Source: Candidatus Micrarchaeota archaeon
GTDB lineage: Archaea > Micrarchaeota > Micrarchaeia > Norongarragalinales > SBBD01
DNA: 17,991 nt
Reading direction: 5' to 3'
Assembly (NCBI GenBank): GCA_038046605.1
Contig: JBBSVW010000008.1
Span: forward strand, 1-17,991
The notes beneath the pieces were generated by a model. It saw only the letters and a list, made by a program, of their open reading frames with translations. It did no database searches and was not told where the DNA came from. Shown here one piece after another: positions 8,555 to 15,454 of this stretch; within the stretch, counting starts at the first letter, position 1; each line of letters begins with the position of its first letter. A program made the position numbers and the translations under genes.

Positions 8555-9625
8555 ATGCCAGCGTCCGATGATGAATTCATGCAAAAAGCCCTCATTCTAG
8601 CAACTAAGGGCTTAGGCGCAACCAAAACCAACCCGCTTGTTGGCGCTGTGATTGTAAAAAACGGAAAAGTCATCGCCACCGGCTACCATGCAAAATTTGG
8701 CGTGCCCCATGCGGAGGCGGTGGCACTGAAAAAAGCCGGAAAAAAGGCAAGGGGCGCAATATTATATGTAAATTTGGAGCCCTGCGTTCATTTCGAGGGA
8801 AAAAAAACCGGCCCTTGCTCTGAATTAATCGTGAATGCAGGGATAAACCATGTTGTTGTTTCAATGCTTGACCCAAACCCCAAAGTCAAGGGAAAGGGAA
8901 TTGCGTTCCTTAGGAGAAACGGAATCAACGTTGATGTGGGCGTTCTAAAAAAAGCCGCCTCCGAATTAAATTTACCCCACCTGAAATTCGTAGAAACAAA
9001 AAAGCCGTTTGTTACCTTGAAGGTCGCTACGAGTTTGGATGGCAAAATCACCAAAAAGGATGCAAAATATTTTTCAAGCAAGGAAAGCCTTAAGTTTGCC
9101 CATTCTCTAAGGGCGCAATCGGATGCGATTTTGGTTGGCATTGGAACAATCTTGGCGGATGATCCATTGCTTACCACTAGATTGACGAGGGGAAATGATC
9201 CGCTTAGGGTAATTTTGGATGCAAAACTACGGATTCCCCTAAAAGCAAAAGTGCTTGCGGACAAGAATGTGCTTATTTTTTGCGAAAAGGTAAGCTATGA
9301 TGGCAGTAATTTCAAAAAGTTAAATCAAGCCGGATTTTCAGTTATTCTGGTCAAATCCAAATCGGGGATCCTTGATTGGAACGGAATTTTGCTTGAACTT
9401 GGAAGGAGAAATGTTGGCAGGCTCCTAATAGAGGGTGGATCAAAAGTAATTTCGAGCGCATTTGAAAATAGGATTGTCGACAAAGCATACTTTATTGTCG
9501 TCCCGGAAATTTTCGGGGTGGGAAAGCGCCTATTTGGGCCGCATTTTAAAAAGGCGCCACGCTTTGAGCTATCCTCGTCAAGCTATCTTGGCCGCGATAG
9601 GCTCTTGGAATTTATCCCCTTTTAG
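8555..9625 (+). CDS. ribD: Bifunctional diaminohydroxyphosphoribosylaminopyrimidine deaminase / 5-amino-6-(5-phosphoribosylamino)uracil reductase, bacterial type
   Basis: Deaminase motifs NPLVGAVIV, PHAE, YVNLEPCVHFEGKKTGPC, DPNPKVKGKG. Reductase motifs PFVTLKVATSLDGK, DAILVGIGTILADDPLLTTR, LLIEGG. Confidence 0.95.
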   Translation: MPASDDEFMQKALILATKGLGATKTNPLVGAVIVKNGKVIATGYHAKFGVPHAEAVALKKAGKKARGAILYVNLEPCVHFEGKKTGPCSELIVNAGINHVVVSMLDPNPKVKGKGIAFLRRNGINVDVGVLKKAASELNLPHLKFVETKKPFVTLKVATSLDGKITKKDAKYFSSKESLKFAHSLRAQSDAILVGIGTILADDPLLTTRLTRGNDPLRVILDAKLRIPLKAKVLADKNVLIFCEKVSYDGSNFKKLNQAGFSVILVKSKSGILDWNGILLELGRRNVGRLLIEGGSKVISSAFENRIVDKAYFIVVPEIFGVGKRLFGPHFKKAPRFELSSSSYLGRDRLLEFIPF

Positions 9626-10004
9626 CCGGTTTATTCCCAAAAACGTGCTTTAATGCAAATGCTTTCAAATTAGCGTAATGCTCGTCATTTACAATAACTG
9701 CTGTGCCTACCCTTTTAGGGGGGTGCTTTGGCCTGACGATCGTCCTATATTTTGCAATAAGAAGCCCCAATTTTACGCCTCTATCGATGGCTTGGTGTAA
9801 TTCTTCGTTTTTGTGGTATAGCGGCTTACGGTTTTTCGTCCCTTGTATTTTTTGAGTGCGAATGCCTAGCTCATCGATTGGGTGCTGGTGCCCCCCTTCA
9901 AATGCATGTGATGAGGGTTCATATAGGAATAATCTTGATATTTGCTCCGCCTGGCCTTGGGTAATTTGACCTCTCTTAATCATCGCTTCAATCACAATAG
10001 GCAT
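9612..10004 (-). CDS. Hypothetical basic protein (130 aa orphan)
   Basis: ATG with SD AGGTGAT (10009-10015, minus) and TATA-like TTTATTAA (10053-10060, minus). It fills the gap between ribD and fibrillarin, and its 3' end overlaps that of ribD by 14 nt. Confidence 0.7.
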   Translation of the reverse strand: MPIVIEAMIKRGQITQGQAEQISRLFLYEPSSHAFEGGHQHPIDELGIRTQKIQGTKNRKPLYHKNEELHQAIDRGVKLGLLIAKYRTIVRPKHPPKRVGTAVIVNDEHYANLKAFALKHVFGNKPAKRG

Positions 10005-10052
10005 TCAAATCACCTGCTTTCATGCATCTTCCATACAATACCGATGAAGCGG

Positions 10053-10060
10053 TTAATAAA
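10053..10060. promoter_or_regulatory. Probable bidirectional TATA box (TTAATAAA plus / TTTATTAA minus) serving near-leaderless fibrillarin and the divergent orphan
   Basis: It is the best TATA-like element in the 84-nt divergent gap. It sits ~28 nt before fibrillarin ATG 10089 and ~49 nt before orphan ATG 10004. Confidence 0.5.
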
Positions 10061-10088
10061 TTCGTAAGCCAAAAACTATCCGGTATCC

Positions 10089-10748
10089 ATGGCGCAGCAA
10101 ATATTCCCCGGCGTTTACCGCATCAACGGCAAGCTTTGCACAGTTTCCACGCTTAAGGGCTTCAAGGTGCATGATGAGGATATAATCAAAGCCGAAGGAA
10201 AGGAGTTCCGTGACTGGGACCCATTCCACAGCAAGCTGGCGGCGGCAATTTCCCGCGGGCTTAAGGCATGGCCATTTAGGGATAACGCAAGCGTGCTCTA
10301 TTTGGGCGCAGCAAACGGTGTCACCTGCTCTTTCCTATCCGATGCAATGCCAAACGGGACCATTTACGCGGTGGAATTCTCGGCGCAATCCGGAAGGGAC
10401 CTGATCACTGTTTCCGAAAAAAAGCAAAACCTCCTTCCAATCATTGAGGATGCCCGGTTCCCTGAGCGCTATTCGGATTCGATTGACGGGAAGGTTGATG
10501 TTGTTTACGAGGATGTTTCCGATAGGGAGCAGGTTCAGATACTCATTGGCAACTGCGATCGCTACCTGAAAAACGGCGGAATTGCGATGCTTGCGGTGAA
10601 ATCAAGATCGATAGACAGTTCGGCGCCGCCAAGGCAAATTTACGCCCGCGTAATCTCCGAATTACGGGACCATTTTGAGGTGCTTGAAAAGCTCGATTTG
10701 GGCATGTTCGAGCGCGACCACATGTTCCTGGTATTGAAGAAGAATTAG
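10089..10748 (+). CDS. flpA: Fibrillarin-like rRNA/tRNA 2'-O-methyltransferase
   Basis: EFRDWDPFHSKLAAAI, VLYLGAANG, IYAVEFS, NLLPIIEDARFPERY, VDVVYEDV, VKSRSID, FERDH. Confidence 0.96.
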   Translation: MAQQIFPGVYRINGKLCTVSTLKGFKVHDEDIIKAEGKEFRDWDPFHSKLAAAISRGLKAWPFRDNASVLYLGAANGVTCSFLSDAMPNGTIYAVEFSAQSGRDLITVSEKKQNLLPIIEDARFPERYSDSIDGKVDVVYEDVSDREQVQILIGNCDRYLKNGGIAMLAVKSRSIDSSAPPRQIYARVISELRDHFEVLEKLDLGMFERDHMFLVLKKN

Positions 10749-11155
10749 GTGGGCTCTTCTGGTTGGGATAGGTTTTTGTGGAATAGTATTACCGGATTCA
10801 CTATCTTTCTTTTTCCAATTCCTCCGAACTTATACCCTTGTGGATATTTATCTACTTTTGACCTTACTAATGAGGGGCGTATTGAGGCTGAAAAGCGATC
10901 ATAGCCATGAAGCCTGAGAAATTCCTGGGCAAGCGCAAGAGAATAATTAAGCTGTCCCTGCTCGTGGAAATCTAACCGCGGCAATTTGACCCCTTGCCGT
11001 GCCATCACTTGAGACTTGATCCCGTTTGCTTCCAAAAACTCCCTGAAGTGACCTGCCACGCCTTCCTCACGCCTACCTTTTTTTCCAACGGTTTTCAGCG
11101 AGCCTAATTTGTTATTCAACAAATATTCCGGAATTTCTAGAGGCGTATTTATCAC
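10745..11155 (-). CDS. Hypothetical basic protein (orphan); start uncertain: GTG 11155 lies inside the SD, while the SD-spaced codon is ACG at 11146
   Basis: 136-codon ORF whose stop overlaps the fibrillarin stop by 4 nt. SD AGGTGAT at 11151-11157 and TATA-like CTTAAAAA at 11194-11201 (minus). Confidence 0.6.
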   Translation of the reverse strand: MINTPLEIPEYLLNNKLGSLKTVGKKGRREEGVAGHFREFLEANGIKSQVMARQGVKLPRLDFHEQGQLNYSLALAQEFLRLHGYDRFSASIRPSLVRSKVDKYPQGYKFGGIGKRKIVNPVILFHKNLSQPEEPT

Positions 11156-11236
11156 CTTGCTTCATTGCTTATTAGGTTATGGCGGCTATATGCTTTTTAA
11201 GCAGTTCCTTCATTAGAATCGGAACAGGTAATTTGT

Positions 11237-11317
11237 ATGGTCAACGGCTGGGGAAAGGAGGATTTGATATTCTTCATAATCATTGGAGTGCTGTTCGTGA
11301 CTATTTTTACAAGGTAA
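11237..11317 (+). CDS. Putative 26-aa single-pass membrane micro-protein MVNGWGKEDLIFFIIIGVLFVTIFTR
   Basis: Hand-translated ATG 11237 to TAA 11315-11317. SD-like AGGTAA at 11226-11231 (same form and spacing as lemA), TATA-like TTTTTAAG at 11194-11201, and an uncharged 16-residue hydrophobic stretch ending in Arg. Confidence 0.55.
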   Translation: MVNGWGKEDLIFFIIIGVLFVTIFTR

Positions 11318-11468
11318 GTTCCGCCTTGGATTGAATTCCTAATTGTTTGATTTAATGGGGAAAACCGGCCTTGCATTTTCTTTAAGCCAAACGCGTTAAA
11401 TTTAGCGGCATTTTTCCTTTAACCCCTAATCAGTTAATTCAAGCTGCCGATAAAGATTTTGCTCCCGT

Positions 11469-12482
11469 TTAATCCTTTTTCTCAGTCAGGGCAATTTCCC
11501 TAAGGGTCGAGGCCATATGCGGGTTTTTCATCCAAAGCCCAACCTCATCTTCAGCCGGAACATCTGAGTTTGTTAGGAAGATCATTGCCTCATCATCCGC
11601 TAGAACCATCCTTGCGGGCAATTTCCTGTCAATAATTGAGCTTGCAATCTTGGATGCCTGGGAATTGCTGGAATGGAGCGCGTGCCTCTTATCCAAAATC
11701 TCGGAAATTGGCGAAACGATGTGGATCTTAACCCCCCTTGCCTTTGCCTTCTCAAAATGGGCTATGTTTGCGCGTATCTTATTGACAACGCCATCCGGAT
11801 GGGAATTGATTATGATGGAGCCTTTGGCATTTGATACCATATCCCCAATTCTTGAGTAGATGGAATTGCGCCCCTTAAGGGTCCAAACCGACTCTTCGGC
11901 ATCGAATTTCTTGCCAATTGAATTGCGGTCAAGGCCCTTTTTGAGGGTGATCCCAAGCTCCTCGATTTTTGCAAGCTCTTCTGTAAGTGATACTTCCTTA
12001 TGCTTGCGAAGGGTTTGGATGGCTTCCGATATGGGAACCGGCGCATATTTTACGGGCCTTCCTGCCTTGATTGCAACAAATCCCTTTTCCTGAAGCTTAT
12101 CAAGGACATCATAAACCCTAGGCCTAGCAATTTTGCCTACTTCGGCAATATCGCCCGCAGTGTTAACACCGCCCAGTGATAACGCGAGATATGCCTGCGC
12201 TTCATACTGGTTTAGCCCAAGATTCCTAAGCTGGCCAAGAAGAGCGGGGTTTTGCATGATATCTATATTCCCTACTGAAGGGTGGCTTTTATAGGTATCG
12301 TTGACACCTCCAGGGGGAAGTATCCCCCTACTCGTGTCGCCTCTACCCCCTCCGAGATCCTGCTTATCGCTCGCATTAGGATTGTTAGCATCCTTGCCTG
12401 CCTCATCTGGCTCAATTTCTGCTGCTTTCTTCTCCAATTTACCCTTTTCAAGGCTGCTGGCAATTGCCTGCTCTTCACTCAT
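11469..12482 (-). CDS. trmB: TrmB-family transcriptional regulator/chromatin protein with N-terminal low-complexity extension
   Basis: wHTH LRNLGLNQYEAQAYLAL...TAGDIAEVGKIARPRVYDVLDKLQEKGFV...GRPVKYAPV, then a coiled coil, VWTLKGR, AKARGVKIHIV and RMVLADDEAMIFL. An alternative start is GTG 12491. Confidence 0.9.
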   Translation of the reverse strand: MSEEQAIASSLEKGKLEKKAAEIEPDEAGKDANNPNASDKQDLGGGRGDTSRGILPPGGVNDTYKSHPSVGNIDIMQNPALLGQLRNLGLNQYEAQAYLALSLGGVNTAGDIAEVGKIARPRVYDVLDKLQEKGFVAIKAGRPVKYAPVPISEAIQTLRKHKEVSLTEELAKIEELGITLKKGLDRNSIGKKFDAEESVWTLKGRNSIYSRIGDMVSNAKGSIIINSHPDGVVNKIRANIAHFEKAKARGVKIHIVSPISEILDKRHALHSSNSQASKIASSIIDRKLPARMVLADDEAMIFLTNSDVPAEDEVGLWMKNPHMASTLREIALTEKKD

Positions 12483-12517
12483 AGTCAACACTTTCCTATT
12501 GTTTATGCAAGGTCTGA

Positions 12518-12525
12518 TATATAAA
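12518..12525 (-). promoter_or_regulatory. TATA box of trmB (TTTATATA)
   Basis: Consensus archaeal TATA on the minus strand, 27-36 nt upstream of the two candidate starts. Confidence 0.6.
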
Positions 12526-12549
12526 TGTTAGTACTAGTGAATAGTAACA
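12526..12549. promoter_or_regulatory. Imperfect palindrome TGTTAGTACTAGTGAATAGTAACA containing TACT-N7-AGTA, candidate TrmB operator
   Basis: 16 of 24 positions match the reverse complement. It lies between the two divergent TATA boxes. TACT/AGTA half-sites are typical of characterised TrmB sites. Confidence 0.55.
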
Positions 12550-12559
12550 AATGCAAATG

Positions 12560-12567
12560 TTTAAATA
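12560..12567 (+). promoter_or_regulatory. TATA box (TTTAAATA) for the 12628 gene; SD GGTGAT at 12619-12624
   Basis: Consensus archaeal TATA preceded by an A-rich BRE-like stretch. Confidence 0.5.
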
Positions 12568-12627
12568 TCGGGGCATCCATATTTTAGTTTTACTGGGCTG
12601 GACTGTTGGCTATATTATGGTGATAGA

Positions 12628-14319
12628 ATGAACGTTAAATTTGTAGTTGTTGGCGCGCTTTTGATTTTCCTTGCATTGGTGATTTCCGTCAATGCAATTG
12701 AGGTCAAAACCTCTGATGATTCCATTTCAATACATTCCACGGAAGGGCAATTCTTTGCCTATGTCAAGAATACTGCGGCCGAGAGGCGCAACCTTTACAT
12801 TTCAGTTGATGGAGGCAAACTAAATGCCAATGTGGAGGAGGAGGGCTATTCCACTTCAATTGCAGCCGGTGCAACAGATGGCGCCCTAATTAGCGTTGTT
12901 GCCCCTGATTGCTTTAGGGGATCCGAACTTGTGCAGGTATATGCGCAGCTTTGCTCAAAAACCACATGTGAAACCGCAACAAGAAAGGTAATTGTTTATG
13001 TTGAGCCCGCCAAGTTTTGCTCTTCTTACATTGAGGGTTTCGCCCCTTCGGTTCAATTCATCCCAGGCACTGCAACAGGCTCCAAGGACCCATTCAATGT
13101 TTATACGATTGATCCCAAGAAGAGCCGGATAGTCTTTTCAGATGCTTTTGATACAACCGACTATTCCCTTCGAATAACAGGAGGCGATAGTTGCATTGAT
13201 GTCCTTAGGGGGGAAGTTGGCAGGATCCGCCTATCCGTAACAAATAGGGGCGCTGCTGGCAATTTTGATTTCCGCGTTGTAACGGACACATCCCTTGACG
13301 CATTCCCATCCAAGGATTATGTTGCCCTCCAAAGGGGCGCATCCGAAGAGGTATTTGTTGACATCAAGCCAGGCAAGGATGTGCAGGCAGTTCGCCAGTA
13401 TGTGACTTTGCAGGCTTTGCACCTGGATGAACTGGTTGCTGAAAAGGATGTTTGCATCGACATTAAGGATGATTTCAGCACGGCTATTGAGGCGCCTTCC
13501 GCAGTCCTTGGCAGGACTTCAAAGGATATGGCAATCCGTGTTGAACTAACAAACAAGGGGACAATTCCGCAATATTATTCATTTAGCGCATCAAATGCAC
13601 AGATTCAGGAGCTTATTTCTGTTGATCCGCAAGAGTTCAACCTCAAGCCAGGCGCAAAGAAACTAATCGAGGTCAAAGTGGATACCTCCAAAATAAAGGC
13701 CGGCACCTACCGGATAGAATATTTTACGCTCTCGGAGGAAACGCAGGAAAGCGCTGAAACATTGCTTACCGTTGAAAAGGATTCAGCCGGCGGAATTACC
13801 GGTGCCTCTGATGTTTCAATTGACCTCTCCAACGAGAAAAAGGACAATGTGCTGACGGTTTTTGCAACCATCAAAAACGAGCAGAATGTGAACCTAAATG
13901 ATTTGGAAATAGAGGTTAGGGGACTTCCTGAAAGTTGGACCGTAAGCAAAATAGCGCCAGTTTCAATTAGGGCTGGTGGAAGCGAAATTGTCGAAATTGA
14001 AATAATTGCAAATTCGGATGAAACGGCAATCCCCAAGGTTGTGGTTTTGCAAAACAGCAAAATCATCACAATGGGAAGCCTCCCCGAAATATCCGGGAAA
14101 GCTGGCGGATTCACAGGGCTCTTTACTTTTAGCTCGCAAAACATCGTGCTTGGGCTTATCATTCTTGCCGGAATTTTCGTATTCCTGATGGTTGGAAAGC
14201 GCCCTGAGGAAGGGGCGATGCATGGCGGGCATGATCCGCATGGCCATCTGGAGAGCATCAAGCATGAGGCGACCGGAGGCCAAGATTCCCACGGTAGCGT
14301 AGGGCATGGCGGGCATTGA
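12628..14319 (+). CDS. Secreted, C-terminally anchored surface protein with several Ig-like (CARDB/NEW3-like) domains and a His/Gly-rich cytoplasmic tail
   Basis: Signal peptide MNVKFVVVGALLIFLALVISVNA, repeated V.N.G / L..G....V.V.I beta motifs, several extracellular Cys, TM IVLGLIILAGIFVFLMVG followed by KR, tail HGGHDPHGHLESIKHEATGGQDSHGSVGHGGH. Confidence 0.8.
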   Translation: MNVKFVVVGALLIFLALVISVNAIEVKTSDDSISIHSTEGQFFAYVKNTAAERRNLYISVDGGKLNANVEEEGYSTSIAAGATDGALISVVAPDCFRGSELVQVYAQLCSKTTCETATRKVIVYVEPAKFCSSYIEGFAPSVQFIPGTATGSKDPFNVYTIDPKKSRIVFSDAFDTTDYSLRITGGDSCIDVLRGEVGRIRLSVTNRGAAGNFDFRVVTDTSLDAFPSKDYVALQRGASEEVFVDIKPGKDVQAVRQYVTLQALHLDELVAEKDVCIDIKDDFSTAIEAPSAVLGRTSKDMAIRVELTNKGTIPQYYSFSASNAQIQELISVDPQEFNLKPGAKKLIEVKVDTSKIKAGTYRIEYFTLSEETQESAETLLTVEKDSAGGITGASDVSIDLSNEKKDNVLTVFATIKNEQNVNLNDLEIEVRGLPESWTVSKIAPVSIRAGGSEIVEIEIIANSDETAIPKVVVLQNSKIITMGSLPEISGKAGGFTGLFTFSSQNIVLGLIILAGIFVFLMVGKRPEEGAMHGGHDPHGHLESIKHEATGGQDSHGSVGHGGH

Positions 14320-14320
14320 A

Positions 14321-14346
14321 TTTTTCACTTTTTTTAACTTATTTTA
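14321..14346 (+). terminator. Oligo-T archaeal terminator in the convergent gap
   Basis: TTTTTCACTTTTTTTAACTTATTTT immediately follows the 14319 stop. Confidence 0.55.
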
Positions 14347-14375
14347 TCCCTAGTAATGCCCATTTCTAATAAAAA

Positions 14376-15347
14376 TTAGTTGTACTTTACGGAAACCTTC
14401 CTTTCTCCAAGCGCCGATGCAAACCCGCTGGCAAAGCTTTTTCCCAATTCCGAACTTAATCCGGAAAACAAGTTAAATCCCTTATTGGATGAGAAGTCGC
14501 AAACCGGCCAGAGCTTGTCCTCCTTTTGGGCATTAGTCAATTTCAGATCGTTTATCTCCTTATTCCCCCCAAGTTCATTTGCCTTAAGTAGCGCAACATC
14601 CATGCCTCCCACTTCATCGATCAGCCCAATGCGCTTTGCTTGGGAGGCTGATAATATCCTTGCGTCCAACGCCTCATTAAAAAGCGCGCTGTTAAGTTTC
14701 CCCTTCCTGCCTGCTTCCACATCCTTTCGGAATATTTGGAATGTCTCATCAATAAGCCCCTGAAGAAGTTCCCTTTCCTTATCCGTCAAATTGCGATAGC
14801 CCGCGCCGATATCCTTAAGTTCCCCGCTTTTGATTGTTTCTTCCCGAAGGCCAAGTTTTTCAAAGAGCCCCTCGTAATTTGTAAAAGTCGCGCGCGCGCC
14901 AATGCTTCCTGTCAGCGCGTTTGGGTGCGCAATAATGTAATCTCCCGCTGCACTTATGTAAAAGCCCCCCCAAGCCGCTATTTCGGTCATGAAGACAATT
15001 GATGGCTTTTTGAGCTTTCGAATTTGGTCGTAAATTTCCTTGCTTGCAACAGCCGAGCCCCCGGGCGAATTCACCTGCAGGAATATGGCCTTCACGTACT
15101 CATCGGAATCCGCCTGTTTCAAAAGGCCGTTGATATCCTCGGGGGTATTTGCAGCTGCGCCGCCTAGCAATGAATCCGCAGAGTCATAGACTATTTCGCC
15201 AGTCACCTTTATCCTTCCAATGCAATCGCCGCTGTTTCCCGGGATGAAAAATGAGATGACCAAAAGCAAGGCAAAAAGCCCAAGCATGAAATAGACAAAT
15301 GTCTTCCAAAACGGCGTTGGGGGCCTGTCAATTAGGTTTTTTGCCAT
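14376..15347 (-). CDS. sppA: Signal peptide peptidase SppA (S49, 36K type) with Ser-to-Trp at the catalytic nucleophile position
   Basis: N-terminal TM, VKAIFLQVNSPGGSAVAS, AAWGGFYISAAGD (canonical AASGGY), TGSIG, KSGELKD, QAKRIGLIDEVG. Confidence 0.92.
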   Translation of the reverse strand: MAKNLIDRPPTPFWKTFVYFMLGLFALLLVISFFIPGNSGDCIGRIKVTGEIVYDSADSLLGGAAANTPEDINGLLKQADSDEYVKAIFLQVNSPGGSAVASKEIYDQIRKLKKPSIVFMTEIAAWGGFYISAAGDYIIAHPNALTGSIGARATFTNYEGLFEKLGLREETIKSGELKDIGAGYRNLTDKERELLQGLIDETFQIFRKDVEAGRKGKLNSALFNEALDARILSASQAKRIGLIDEVGGMDVALLKANELGGNKEINDLKLTNAQKEDKLWPVCDFSSNKGFNLFSGLSSELGKSFASGFASALGERKVSVKYN

Positions 15348-15454
15348 GGGAATTCTTAGGGTGCAATAATTTATATGACCAACCCTACTCTACTGTTTTA
15401 TATTTGTGCAACCAATGATTATTTTGCCGTATAGCAGAATGCAGTGGTGATCCA

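Noticed and set aside
10005-11468. C/D-box guide RNAs in the gaps flanking fibrillarin
   Set aside because: No RUGAUGA C box paired with a CUGA D box at suitable spacing on either strand of the intergenic segments.
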